From a virus (taxonomy: Duplodnaviria > Heunggongvirae > Uroviricota > Caudoviricetes), in the IMG/VR virus record IMGVR_UViG_3300046820_002180, positions 1-31,820 of that record: DNA of 31,820 nt. One strand, written 5' to 3'. The position numbers and the translations under genes were made by a program. Positions 1 to 10,470 of the stretch are shown in pieces (position 1 is the stretch's first letter; each line of letters begins with the position of its first letter). The notes below the pieces were generated by a model. The model did not search any database and was not told the DNA's origin. It worked only from the letters and a program-made list of their open reading frames with translations.

Positions 1-2423
1 AAGTTAAAAAGAGGAACGGTGAATTAGAAGAAATGAGATATGACAAAATCACTAAACGTATTAGTGCTTTATGTCACGATTTAAATATGGAATACGTTGA
101 CCCAACATATATTACTTTAAAGGTAACTCAAGGAATTTATGACGGGATATCAACAATCGAATTGGATAAATTGGCAGCAGAAACTGCCGCACAGATGACT
201 ACAACTCACCCTGATTATGCTAAGTTAGCCGGTAGAATAGCTGTGTCTAATTTACATAAATCAACACCAAGAAAGTTTTCACAGTGTATCAAAGAGCTAC
301 ATTCTTTTATTGAACCTAAGACAGGTAAAGAGTCAACATTGATTTCTGACGATGTTCATAGTTTTGTAATGGAAAATAGAGAAGTTATTGATGGTGCGGT
401 TAATATGGATAGAGATTTGGATTTCGATTATTTCGGATTCAAAACTTTAGAACGTTCGTACTTGTTGAAAATTGGTGACAGAATTGTAGAAAGACCTCAG
501 TATATGTATATGAGGGTTGCTGTTGGTATTTGTAAAGGTGACGTACAAATGGCATTAAGAATTTATGATGACTTGTCACAACACTTCTATACTCACGCAA
601 CACCTACATTATTTAATGCGGGAACACGTAGACCACAAATGTCATCTTGTTTCTTAATTGGTAACAAAGGTGATGATATTGATGGATTGTTTGATACAAT
701 CAAAGACGTTGCAAAGATTTCTAAGTGGGCTGGTGGTATTGGATTACACGTACACGATGTTCGAGCTAAAGGTTCATATATTAAGGGAACTGGTGGAGAA
801 TCTGACGGTTTAATACCAATGATGAAAACATACAATGAAGTTGCTCGTTGGATAAATCAGGGCGGAAAACGTAAAGGTTCATTTGCTATATATTTGGAAC
901 CTTGGCATTCTGATATTTTTGATTTTATCGATTTAAGAAAGAATCACGGTAAGGAAGAAATGAGAGCTAGAGATTTATTCTTGGCTATGTGGACACCTGA
1001 TTTGTTTATGCAACGTGTTGAGAGTGATGGTGATTGGTCACTATTTTCTCCTGACGAAGCACCGGGTTTATCAGATGCGTATGATAGTCCTGAAGACAAA
1101 GCATTTACCCGTTTGTATGAACAATACGAACAAGAAGGTAAATCTCGAAAGGTTATTAAGGCGAGAAAATTAATGGACGCAATCTTAACTGCACAAATTG
1201 AAACAGGTACACCTTATATGTTATATAAGGACCCCGCAAACTATAAATCAAATCAAAAGAACTTAGGCACAATTAAGTCATCAAACTTATGTACCGAAAT
1301 ACTTGAGTACTCCTCTCCAACAGAACAAGCGGTTTGTAATTTAGCATCAATCGCATTACCTAAGTATATTATCAATGGTGAGTTTAATCACGAACTATTG
1401 TATGAATATACCTACCAAGTTGTAAAGAACTTGAATAACGTAATCGATTTAAATTTTTACCCAACCGAAGAAACAAAACGTTCAAATTTCAAACATCGTC
1501 CTGTTGGTTTGGGGGTTCAGGGATTGGCTGATGTATTTTGTCTATTAAGTATTCCTTTTGAAAGTGAGGAAGCGGATAAATTACAAACAGAAATCTTTGA
1601 AACAATTTATTTTGCAGCACTTACATCCTCAAAAGATTTATCTAAAGTGTTAGGTCCTTATGAATCTATTGTTGGTTCACCAATTGAGAAAGGTATTTTC
1701 CAATTCCAAATGTGGGACAAAACAGATAAAGATTTATCAGGTCGTTGGGATTGGAAATCACTAAGAAAAGAAGTGGTAAACTATGGTGTTAGAAACTCAT
1801 TATTAGTTGCACCGATGCCAACAGCATCCACCGCACAAATTTTGGGTAATAACGAAGCGTTTGAACCATTTACAACTAACCTTTATCTTAGAAGAACTTT
1901 GGGTGGTGAGTTTGTGGTAATCAACAAACATTTAGTTAATGACCTATTAAAAGTTGGTATGTGGAATGACACAATCAAAAACAAACTAATTTTTGAAAAT
2001 GGTTCGGTACAAAATATACCTGAAATACCTACAGAGTTAAAAGAAGTTTATAAGACAGTTTGGGAAATGTCTCAAAAGAGAATTTTACAAATGGCGGCAA
2101 ATAGGTCTATTTTCATTGACCAATCTCAGTCATTAAACTTGTTTATAGATAATGTAACCAAACCAAAATTATTGGCGGCACATATCTTTGGATGGAAATC
2201 AGGTTTAAAAACGGGTATGTACTATCTAAGAACAAGAGCGGCGGTTGACGCAATCAAAACTTTGGGTGTGGAAATGTCAGCACCACAAAAAGTGGAAACG
2301 ACATCAGCGAACACACAAAATGTTGAATTACCAACTAAGTCGATTTTGTTTGAACAAAATGAAACAGCTTTAAGTATGAAACCAACTGACTCACCATTTG
2401 AGTGTGAGGGTTGTGGTTCATAA
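1..2423 (+). CDS. nrdA: Ribonucleoside-diphosphate reductase class Ia alpha subunit with N-terminal ATP cone (5' end lies just outside the window)
   Basis: Frame is open from base 3 (VKKRNGELEE, then MRYDKIT), a typical ATP-cone start, so the Met at 33 is internal. Motifs: ATPTLFNAG, QMSSCFL, GGIG, NQGGKRKG, SSNLCTEI (radical Cys), VCNLAS, APMPTAST, DQSQSLN, KTGMYYLRT and C-terminal CEGCGS redox pair. No intein or intron seen. Confidence 0.97.
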   Translation, partial: VKKRNGELEEMRYDKITKRISALCHDLNMEYVDPTYITLKVTQGIYDGISTIELDKLAAETAAQMTTTHPDYAKLAGRIAVSNLHKSTPRKFSQCIKELHSFIEPKTGKESTLISDDVHSFVMENREVIDGAVNMDRDLDFDYFGFKTLERSYLLKIGDRIVERPQYMYMRVAVGICKGDVQMALRIYDDLSQHFYTHATPTLFNAGTRRPQMSSCFLIGNKGDDIDGLFDTIKDVAKISKWAGGIGLHVHDVRAKGSYIKGTGGESDGLIPMMKTYNEVARWINQGGKRKGSFAIYLEPWHSDIFDFIDLRKNHGKEEMRARDLFLAMWTPDLFMQRVESDGDWSLFSPDEAPGLSDAYDSPEDKAFTRLYEQYEQEGKSRKVIKARKLMDAILTAQIETGTPYMLYKDPANYKSNQKNLGTIKSSNLCTEILEYSSPTEQAVCNLASIALPKYIINGEFNHELLYEYTYQVVKNLNNVIDLNFYPTEETKRSNFKHRPVGLGVQGLADVFCLLSIPFESEEADKLQTEIFETIYFAALTSSKDLSKVLGPYESIVGSPIEKGIFQFQMWDKTDKDLSGRWDWKSLRKEVVNYGVRNSLLVAPMPTASTAQILGNNEAFEPFTTNLYLRRTLGGEFVVINKHLVNDLLKVGMWNDTIKNKLIFENGSVQNIPEIPTELKEVYKTVWEMSQKRILQMAANRSIFIDQSQSLNLFIDNVTKPKLLAAHIFGWKSGLKTGMYYLRTRAAVDAIKTLGVEMSAPQKVETTSANTQNVELPTKSILFEQNETALSMKPTDSPFECEGCGS

Positions 2424-2429
2424 AGATAA

Positions 2430-2516
2430 TGGGAGGCTCCCTCAAAGTACTAATGTCGTCAAGGCGTACCTTGAGCTTCCAGGTCTCGAGAATACAGGGG
2501 GTGAATATCAAGACAC
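2430..2516 (+). ncRNA. Candidate structured RNA between the nrdA stop and the terminator (family unknown)
   Basis: About 51% GC by hand count (44/86) in an AT-rich genome. Complementary segments: TGGGAG/CTTCCA, CTCAAAGTAC/GTACCTTGAG, GTCTCGA/TCAAGAC, and a possible pseudoknot of (G)CTCCC with GGGGGT. Confidence 0.5.
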
Positions 2517-2522
2517 CATATT

Positions 2523-2547
2523 AAACCCAACTTCGGTTGGGTTTTTT
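2523..2547 (+). terminator. Rho-independent terminator after nrdA and the RNA candidate
   Basis: AAACCCAAC-TTCG-GTTGGGTTT stem with a C(UUCG)G tetraloop, followed by a T run. Confidence 0.9.
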
Positions 2548-2573
2548 ATTTATTCCCATTTTAGTTTAGTTTA

Positions 2574-2580
2574 TATTTAT
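2574..2580 (+). promoter_or_regulatory. TATTTAT motif, putative phage late promoter
   Basis: 4 nt upstream of the ATG at 2585. The same heptamer precedes eight other starts in the window. Confidence 0.6.
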
Positions 2581-2584
2581 TGAT

Positions 2585-3040
2585 ATGGCGTTAACATCAT
2601 ATGGAATTGACTATCCATTTAGAGATAGTAGATACGGAGATTACTTAAAAACTACCGAGTCTCCACAAAGAGAAGTAAGAGCTAATCTCATACACCTACT
2701 TTTAACAAGAAAGGGTACGAGATATTACTTACCTGACTTTGGGACAAGGTTATATGAATACATATTTGAACAAAATGATGTGGTAACATTCAATCATATT
2801 GAGGAGGAGATTCGTGAGGGTATAAGAAAATTTATACCAAATGTAGAAATCAAATCTTTAAACATAATGTCAGCGGAAAATGACCCTGATGAAACAAAAA
2901 CGTATACACAAGACGAAGACGAAAGATTGTTTAGGGTTTCTGATTATTCGAGTAAACCTTATACAGCTAAAGTTAAACTTGATTATACAGTAAATAACGG
3001 AGCATTTTCAGTATCAGACTTTATAATTATTAACATATAA
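2585..3040 (+). CDS. Baseplate wedge protein, T4 gp25 / P2 gpW-like
   Basis: GIDYPF start, NLIHLLLTRKGTRYYLPDFGTRLYEYIFE signature, IRKFIPNVEI. Lies directly upstream of a gp6/J-like gene. Confidence 0.9.
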   Translation: MALTSYGIDYPFRDSRYGDYLKTTESPQREVRANLIHLLLTRKGTRYYLPDFGTRLYEYIFEQNDVVTFNHIEEEIREGIRKFIPNVEIKSLNIMSAENDPDETKTYTQDEDERLFRVSDYSSKPYTAKVKLDYTVNNGAFSVSDFIIINI

Positions 3041-3041
3041 A

Positions 3042-4871
3042 ATGGCAAAAGAAATATCATACGCAACAAGAGATTTTGCAGGTTTAAGAGACGAATTAGT
3101 TTCATTAACTAAAAAGTATTATCCAGAATTAATAAGTAACTTTAACGATGCATCAATTTATTCAGTATTACTTGATTTAAATGCTGCGGTTGCTGATAAC
3201 TTACATTTCCATATAGATAGAGTTTGGCAGGAAACGATGTTGGACTTTGCACAACAAAGACAATCATTATTTCATATTGCAAAAACTTATGGTATCAGAC
3301 TACCTGGTTTAAGACCATCAGTTGCATTATGTGACTTCTCAATTAACGTTCCTGTTAGAGGTGATAAAGATGACGAAAGATATGAGGGTATTCTAAAAGC
3401 AGGGGCTCAAGTTTCAGGTGGAGGACAAATATTTGAAACTCTTGAGGATATTGATTTTTCAAATCCTTTCAATAGTAAAGGTGAACCTAATAGATTAAAG
3501 ATTCCAAATTTTGATAACAATAGTAAATTAATATCATATACAATCACCAAAAGAGAGGCGGTTGTAAATGGAACAACTAAGATTTATAGAAGAGTTATTA
3601 ACGAGGTTGACCAAAAACCATTCTTAAAACTATACCTACCTGAGAAAAACGTTTTGGGTGTTGTTAGTGTAATCCATAAATCAGGAACAAACTATGCTAG
3701 TAACCCTACATATGATGAATTCACAAACGGAAATAAATGGTATGAAGTTAAATCATTAATGGAAGATAGAGTTTTTATTGAGGACGCAACTACCATTTCA
3801 GATACAGATAATTTTAAATCCGGTGACTACCTTAGAGTTGATAATAAATTTATTACTGAGTATACACCTGAAGGTTATTTCAGTGTTACTTTCGGTTCAG
3901 GAAATGTAGACCCAATGGATAATTTGGATAACTATATGAACGGAACTATGAAAGTTAATATAGCAACTTTCCTTAATAATAACTCATTGGGTAACATACC
4001 AAGAGCAAATACCACATTATTCATCAAATATCGTATTGGTGGTGGTAAAGAATCAAATCTTGGGGTTAATGTAATAACATCAATAGATACAATTGATTTT
4101 GCATTAAATGGTCCAAATTCAACAATAAATGACCAAGTATATCAATCATTAAGAGTTACAAATATAACACCTGCAGTGGGTGGTGCTGATTCACCGACCA
4201 TAGAGGAAATTAGAAATATGGTTGCATATAACTTTGCAGCACAAAATAGAGCGGTAACATTAAATGACTATAAATCTTTAATTGAAACGATGCCATCAAC
4301 TTATGGAGCACCTGCTAAGGTTAGTGTGATGGAAGAAGACAACAAAGTGAGAATTAAATTATTATCGTACGATAGTGAAGGTAATTTAACGGATATTGTA
4401 TCTAACACACTTAAGAATAACGTATTGAACTATTTGTCTAAATTTAGAATGTTAAATGATTTCTTAGACATTATGAGTGGTGAAGTTATCGATTTAGGGT
4501 TGGAGGTTGATTTGGTTGTAAATAAAAACGAAAGTCAAAGTGACGTACTAAAAGAAACTGTTAATACTGTAACAAACTTCTTTGCTATCGACAAAAGAAA
4601 AATGGGTGACCCATTATTTGTTGGTGATTTGATGAGAGAAATAGGTAATGTAACAGGAGTTGTGAACGTTGTGGATGTTAGAGTATTCAACAAAATCGGT
4701 GGGAAATATTCATCAGCCGAAATATCTCAAGCTTACAAGGATAATATTACAAAAGAAATATTACAATTCGATTCGACCATATATATGAAATCAAATCAAA
4801 TTTGTCAAATTCGATTCCCACAAAGTGATATTAAAGTCAGAGTAAAAACTTTAACTTCGGCTACATATTAA
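3042..4871 (+). CDS. Baseplate wedge protein, T4 gp6 / baseplate J-like
   Basis: ISYATRDFAGLRDEL, FGSG, YRIGGGKESN, GGADSPTIEEIR, AQNRAVTLNDY motifs of the gp6/J family. Confidence 0.9.
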   Translation: MAKEISYATRDFAGLRDELVSLTKKYYPELISNFNDASIYSVLLDLNAAVADNLHFHIDRVWQETMLDFAQQRQSLFHIAKTYGIRLPGLRPSVALCDFSINVPVRGDKDDERYEGILKAGAQVSGGGQIFETLEDIDFSNPFNSKGEPNRLKIPNFDNNSKLISYTITKREAVVNGTTKIYRRVINEVDQKPFLKLYLPEKNVLGVVSVIHKSGTNYASNPTYDEFTNGNKWYEVKSLMEDRVFIEDATTISDTDNFKSGDYLRVDNKFITEYTPEGYFSVTFGSGNVDPMDNLDNYMNGTMKVNIATFLNNNSLGNIPRANTTLFIKYRIGGGKESNLGVNVITSIDTIDFALNGPNSTINDQVYQSLRVTNITPAVGGADSPTIEEIRNMVAYNFAAQNRAVTLNDYKSLIETMPSTYGAPAKVSVMEEDNKVRIKLLSYDSEGNLTDIVSNTLKNNVLNYLSKFRMLNDFLDIMSGEVIDLGLEVDLVVNKNESQSDVLKETVNTVTNFFAIDKRKMGDPLFVGDLMREIGNVTGVVNVVDVRVFNKIGGKYSSAEISQAYKDNITKEILQFDSTIYMKSNQICQIRFPQSDIKVRVKTLTSATY

Positions 4872-4911
4872 TTTGTTTTTTAGTTATCTTATAAGAAAAC
4901 CATTGAGTTTC

Positions 4912-4918
4912 TATTTAT
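4912..4918 (+). promoter_or_regulatory. TATTTAT motif, putative late promoter
   Basis: 6 nt upstream of the ATG at 4925. Confidence 0.6.
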
Positions 4919-4924
4919 TATAAG

Positions 4925-7900
4925 ATGATACAAAAACATAGAATTCATACCAATATTGGAGAAGACCAATACATTAAATTCGAAGTCAAACAAGATTTTG
5001 ATTTATTGGAGTTGTTGTCTTTAAAATTATCCCAAAGGGATGTGTACACATCGTTATGTGCTGACTATGGTGTTGTTTGTGGTAGACTTACCGTAAATAA
5101 TGGTTTTGGAGTACCAAACGCTCGAGTTTCAATTTTCGTACCATTAGACGATGACGATGTAAATGACCCTGTAATATCAGCGTTATACCCATATACTGAA
5201 GTTTCAGTTAAAGACGATAATCATTATCGATACAATTTATTACCGGCGAGAAGACAACATAGCGGACACGCGGCAACAGGTACATTTCCTGACCAAACAG
5301 ATATTTTAGATAGAGAAGAAGTTTTAGAGGTGTATGAAAAATATTACAAGTACACCGTAAAAACAAATAGTGCGGGTGACTTTATGATTTGGGGGGTACC
5401 ATTGGGTGAACAAATCATAGTATGTGACGTGGATTTGTCAGATATTAGTTGTTTCTCATTAAGACCTGATGATTACTTAAGAAAAGGATTCGGTTTAGAG
5501 GAATTTAAATCTGCTTATGAATTTAAGGCTAGTGTCGATATTGACTCACTTCCACAAATTAAAACATTTAGAAAAACAATTGAAGTTTATCCTTTTTGGG
5601 GTTCTGAAGATTTATGTGAAATTGGTATAACAAGAACCGATTTTGATTTATCAGACCAAGGAGTTAAAATTGAACCAAAGGCTTACCTTATTGGAGGAAC
5701 TTATACAGACGGTAGAGCGGGAGTCAAAGCAAATTGTAGTATTAAAAGAGATAGTAACAAAAAATGTGATTTAACGACAAAGGCTGGTAAAATAGAAATG
5801 ATTCGTTTTACTGCAGAATACGACTCCAACAACAGACCGATTTTAGAAGTATATGATGTAAAAGAAGACATCACGGATGACGGTTCATTTATTGTGTCGT
5901 TACCGATGAATATGGATTTTGTTTATACAAATGAATTTGGTGAGAATGAATATTCCAATGACCCAAACAAAGGTATACCAACATCAGGATGTTATCGTTT
6001 TAGATTTACAACACAACAACAAGGTACTGCTCAAATATTAGTACCTAACATTAGAGAGTACAGTACAAACATAGACAAGTCATACGCTTGGTCTAATAAT
6101 TATATCGATTACCCATCAGAAGCATTAAGTTTAATACTAAACACATCTGATGGATTTTATGTACCACAAGACTATTTTTATAGATTTACATATAATAAAG
6201 TTTTTACAGTATCATCATTTCATAATTCGTTTTTTAAAAATTCATTATCAACTCTTTCAGGTCAATTATTAGGAATAAAAGAAATTGCACCACCAAGAGA
6301 AGCCGATTGTGAATCTTCAGTTGTAACACCGCCGGTTAATTTTGGTTTTAGAAATTACACGGTTAAATTATTAATTGCAGATATATTATTATTCTTTGAA
6401 CAGTTAGCAACAGTATCTGGTTTTATTTTTAATAACACAGTAGCTAAAATTTTTCATAGATTTTCAGATGCTACGAATTTTTGGCCGATTAAGTCTGTTA
6501 GCAGGGCGTTAAGAAGATATGCTTACGGAATTCAAGATGGTGGACAAAGAGAATTGTTTTTAATTGATTATCCTTCTTGTCTTGAATGTAATAAAGATAA
6601 TGAATACGGTACTGTGGGCGGTTTAGGAAATGGAATTGATTATTGTGAGGTCGGTACTGTAACAATTCAAGGTTCATCTACGGAAACCCCAAGAACCGTA
6701 ACTGCAAGTAATTTTACTTTCTCAAATCCCGACCCTACAGGTATATGTTCAGGAGCGACAGTTCCAAGTGATTTAACAAATTTTTTAAATAATCAAACAA
6801 ATTATATTTTAACAACAAGTAGTAATGGTGTTCTTTTAACTGGTACCACCATTTTTACATCAGGAGCAACAATAACTTTTAACGATGTCTCAGGATTATT
6901 CAATGAGACGATAACATATACCGCAATAATTAGAGATAAAAATGCATCTTCGGTTGAATCAACCACAACTGACATATTAGAAGAGGGTTGTGCAATATAT
7001 GATACACCATATGATGAATCGTTAGTTCAGAAATATTATGTTGCACCAAATAGAACTGAAAAAACACCATTACAATACACTGCCGGAATGGATGTACAGG
7101 CCACCTTAATATCAGACGTTGACAGTAGTAATAAACCATTACCAACAATATATGACGGAGAAACCTATACACCAAGAACACCATCAGGTCAATCTGAATT
7201 TACTAATGGTATTTTTTATATGGTTCCCGGCACTATGACAAATCGTAGAGTGGTTAACATAATGAAAGAATATAGAAGACGTAGACGTATGTCTAAATTA
7301 TTTTGTTCGGGAGTTGTTAACTATTCATTCGTGGATAATTGGTTATCAGGTTCTTTATATTTCTTTACATTTGAAACACAAAAAAGATTTTTATTTTGGA
7401 GTAAATCTGCTTGTTGTGAACAATTAATTAAGAGAACGGTACAGACTAATTTAGAAACAAATCAAAGTGAATCACATTATTATTATAGGGCAACGCCATA
7501 TAATAACGGCACAGGTGTTTGGGGAAGAACATTTAACGGTTCGAGAAAAAGAATCAATAGACCAACAACTATTGTTGATTTAGGTCCGAGAGATGAATTC
7601 ATAAGAGAAATATGTGTAGACCCAAATCTTGACCCTAACTGCTCTGTGTCAAGAGAAATAGGACCAACTTCTTATAAAGATTTTGGTGAGATTCTTGGTA
7701 TGGCAATTAACTACAGAATGGATGTTAGTAACGCTAATTTCGACTTAAGAAATTTCTTTGATAATAATGGATTTTATAATAATGGAATTCGAAGTGCTTT
7801 CGATGGAGATTTATTACAATTAATATCAATTAATAATGAGGTGGGCATTGAACAATTTGATTTACAAAATCCAAAATATATTGGATATAGCTATCAAATA

Positions 7901-8671
7901 TTAGACCCTGAATTATATCCTGACGTTTTTAAAAGAAATGGAGTTTGGGGACCATTACCAATCACTATGGAATTTTCTGAAGATGGTGAAAGAGTAAGGG
8001 CTTGTTTAAATGAACCGACTCACATTGCAAATGATGGAGTAACACAAATACAAGGTCGATTAACTGAATCATCACAACCGGTACCATTCTTCTTATGGGA
8101 TAAAAAGGGTACAGGATTTGGTGCATATAATACTGAAACTCTTGACGACCAATCTTGGGATATTTCAAATGTTCAAGTACAACCTTTACAAGGTATGACA
8201 TATGCATATAATGTAACAGGAACCACTGATGATTCATCAGACAAATATTTGTTATTACCAATAACTTATAATTTTACAGGAACCTCAGTGTCAACACTTA
8301 ATGTTGTTGATGATGAAGGTTTTGCGTATGATGCTGTTATTTCAGGAATTACAGGAAACGAATACCATCAATACGATTCACAATATCCAGGTTATACTGT
8401 TTTACAAGTAACTTCAGGAACATTGGCGAATCCATCTTCAGGAACTTTATACACTCGTTATGGTAATGCTGGAACTTGGGATGGAATTCCTTGGACAACA
8501 TCCACAGATTTCTTCATTAGAAGAACACAAGATTATTATAGTGGAACTAAACAAATCCTGTCAACCCCATTTATGTTTCACTTTGGATTAAAACCTGGTA
8601 AAACTGGTCTCGATAAATTTATTGATAGGTTTGGACCTAAGGGTGCATTTAAATCAACAGACTTAACGTAA
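4925..8671 (+). CDS. Large virion/baseplate-associated protein (1248 aa) with an N-terminal carboxypeptidase-regulatory-like beta-sandwich
   Basis: Long ORF in the baseplate cluster. VVCGRLTVNNGFGVPNARVSIF...TNSAGDFMIWGVPLG resembles the prealbumin/CarboxypepD_reg fold. One hydrophobic stretch and a beta/Thr-rich middle. Confidence 0.6.
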   Translation: MIQKHRIHTNIGEDQYIKFEVKQDFDLLELLSLKLSQRDVYTSLCADYGVVCGRLTVNNGFGVPNARVSIFVPLDDDDVNDPVISALYPYTEVSVKDDNHYRYNLLPARRQHSGHAATGTFPDQTDILDREEVLEVYEKYYKYTVKTNSAGDFMIWGVPLGEQIIVCDVDLSDISCFSLRPDDYLRKGFGLEEFKSAYEFKASVDIDSLPQIKTFRKTIEVYPFWGSEDLCEIGITRTDFDLSDQGVKIEPKAYLIGGTYTDGRAGVKANCSIKRDSNKKCDLTTKAGKIEMIRFTAEYDSNNRPILEVYDVKEDITDDGSFIVSLPMNMDFVYTNEFGENEYSNDPNKGIPTSGCYRFRFTTQQQGTAQILVPNIREYSTNIDKSYAWSNNYIDYPSEALSLILNTSDGFYVPQDYFYRFTYNKVFTVSSFHNSFFKNSLSTLSGQLLGIKEIAPPREADCESSVVTPPVNFGFRNYTVKLLIADILLFFEQLATVSGFIFNNTVAKIFHRFSDATNFWPIKSVSRALRRYAYGIQDGGQRELFLIDYPSCLECNKDNEYGTVGGLGNGIDYCEVGTVTIQGSSTETPRTVTASNFTFSNPDPTGICSGATVPSDLTNFLNNQTNYILTTSSNGVLLTGTTIFTSGATITFNDVSGLFNETITYTAIIRDKNASSVESTTTDILEEGCAIYDTPYDESLVQKYYVAPNRTEKTPLQYTAGMDVQATLISDVDSSNKPLPTIYDGETYTPRTPSGQSEFTNGIFYMVPGTMTNRRVVNIMKEYRRRRRMSKLFCSGVVNYSFVDNWLSGSLYFFTFETQKRFLFWSKSACCEQLIKRTVQTNLETNQSESHYYYRATPYNNGTGVWGRTFNGSRKRINRPTTIVDLGPRDEFIREICVDPNLDPNCSVSREIGPTSYKDFGEILGMAINYRMDVSNANFDLRNFFDNNGFYNNGIRSAFDGDLLQLISINNEVGIEQFDLQNPKYIGYSYQILDPELYPDVFKRNGVWGPLPITMEFSEDGERVRACLNEPTHIANDGVTQIQGRLTESSQPVPFFLWDKKGTGFGAYNTETLDDQSWDISNVQVQPLQGMTYAYNVTGTTDDSSDKYLLLPITYNFTGTSVSTLNVVDDEGFAYDAVISGITGNEYHQYDSQYPGYTVLQVTSGTLANPSSGTLYTRYGNAGTWDGIPWTTSTDFFIRRTQDYYSGTKQILSTPFMFHFGLKPGKTGLDKFIDRFGPKGAFKSTDLT

Positions 8672-10470
8672 TGGAAAAGAGAAAAATTATATTACCTGAA
8701 AAAAGGTTTCACAAAGCATCTTCAGAAGACCAAATCCTCCAAGTTAATTTTGAGGAAGGTAAGAGTTTATTAACTAATGATGATAGAGATATTATTTTAG
8801 ACATTAATGAATTATTTGGTCAAGAAAGAAATGATAGTAAAAGATACAAGTTGTATGGTAAAATAAAGATGGTGTTTAGAAATATGTACAGTGGATTGTC
8901 AAGTTATCTTCCATTGTCTGAAGAGTTAGCATTAGTTGGTGATGGTGATGACGGAGAATTTGATGGTTACTTACCATACAACGAGTTCGCGTTTTTAAGA
9001 AATGATGTGTACAGAGAAAAACCTAATGATATTGATGTTTCAGACTTAAGTACATTTACAGGAATCACCGTAACAAAAACAGGAGACATAACTCACCAAT
9101 TGATTACACCAATGAATGCTCCGTATCACAATTGGAACATTCACGTATCATATGTGTACGACCACGATGAAAACTATCCGATGAAATATACTTTATCGGG
9201 AAATACAACATTAAGTTTTGTCAGCGGTAATGGTATACCATTTAGAATTACCGATAACAACGCAAGTTATAGATTGACAAGTCCTGTTGACCACGGAATG
9301 AGTGAAGGTGAATTTATTATATTAAATGGATATCCATATTATATAAATTCAATTGGTAATGAATATTATAATTCAGAATTATATGTTTTAGATATTTTAA
9401 AATCTCAAATACCATCAGGTACTACAACATTTAATAATACATTAATTACAGGTAAAAGATGTATCGATTCCAAAAACATTTCAGGAACAACATCAACTTA
9501 CTATGTACACAAACATAAAACGGCAACTAATTCTGCGGATTACATTTTAGATAAGGCAGGATTTGAAAGTCCAATATTTGAAGACGAAAGAAAATTAGTT
9601 TTTGAAAACATATCAGGAGCTAACGATGTGTTGGTTGAAAGAAATAGAATGGAATCAGTTCTTTATGATTTTAAAGAACCATTCGTTTTAACAGGACTAA
9701 CCAACAATTTAAATTATGAACCTACAGATTTATATGTAACAATATTATTTAGAAATGGTAATGGTTATTTTGACTATCCACCAAAGGTAGGTTGGAAATT
9801 TAATTTACATAATACTTGGATTGATAATCATTTTAACGGTTCAAATAAAACTCAACCACCGTATGAGTCTGGTTTAGGATTAGGTACATCATTTACAAAA
9901 GGAGGAATTACATTCACTAGTGGAAATACAATACCTGTTGGTACAGTATTAACAGGTGCATTTATAGAGTATAATCCATCGACAATAAAGGAAAGAGTTA
10001 TTTCAGAATCAATGTATAGGTTAACAAACCCAACAAACATTTTCAATTTTAACCAATCAGTTACAGTTGAAGGGTTTTCAGGAGCAACCTCGACAAATAT
10101 GTACGGAGTATTATATCAACCACATTACCGAGTTAAAATTAGAGAACTATCTCCTTATATTGAAACATCATCAACACCCGATATTGAAAATCTACCACAA
10201 AATGCTAAATACTTCCCGTTTGAGAATGTATGGAAATGGAGAGACGTGTATGATTACGGTTATTCGGACGATTTAGGATTTGGAGTGGACTATCCGTTTC
10301 TTAATAATACACACTACGTTAGGAACGATATTAATTTCTATATGAGAAATGAAAAAAATTATCAACACAAAGCTGATGGTATTTTTGATTTTAATGCATT
10401 TATCAATAGATATAATAATAAAAATAACAGATTAGATAGAAATAATTCAAACACAAGTAAAAACTGTTAA
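8671..10470 (+). CDS. Putative virion structural protein (599 aa)
   Basis: TAATG stop/start overlap with both neighbours. Aromatic, beta-rich composition and seven [ST]GxT motifs. Confidence 0.6.
   Translation: MEKRKIILPEKRFHKASSEDQILQVNFEEGKSLLTNDDRDIILDINELFGQERNDSKRYKLYGKIKMVFRNMYSGLSSYLPLSEELALVGDGDDGEFDGYLPYNEFAFLRNDVYREKPNDIDVSDLSTFTGITVTKTGDITHQLITPMNAPYHNWNIHVSYVYDHDENYPMKYTLSGNTTLSFVSGNGIPFRITDNNASYRLTSPVDHGMSEGEFIILNGYPYYINSIGNEYYNSELYVLDILKSQIPSGTTTFNNTLITGKRCIDSKNISGTTSTYYVHKHKTATNSADYILDKAGFESPIFEDERKLVFENISGANDVLVERNRMESVLYDFKEPFVLTGLTNNLNYEPTDLYVTILFRNGNGYFDYPPKVGWKFNLHNTWIDNHFNGSNKTQPPYESGLGLGTSFTKGGITFTSGNTIPVGTVLTGAFIEYNPSTIKERVISESMYRLTNPTNIFNFNQSVTVEGFSGATSTNMYGVLYQPHYRVKIRELSPYIETSSTPDIENLPQNAKYFPFENVWKWRDVYDYGYSDDLGFGVDYPFLNNTHYVRNDINFYMRNEKNYQHKADGIFDFNAFINRYNNKNNRLDRNNSNTSKNC

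Noticed and set aside
2430-2516. tRNA, hammerhead, twister, HDV-like or SRP identity for the RNA candidate
   Set aside because: No cloverleaf or T-loop, no CUGAUGA/GAAA core, and the twister, HDV and SRP consensus elements match only partially.
2398-2583. 61-aa ORF (and a nested-region 31-codon ORF at 2429-2524) after nrdA
   Set aside because: The long one overlaps nrdA and runs through the terminator. The short one uses GC-ending codons atypical of this genome. RNA structure explains the region better, though the short ORF is not excluded.
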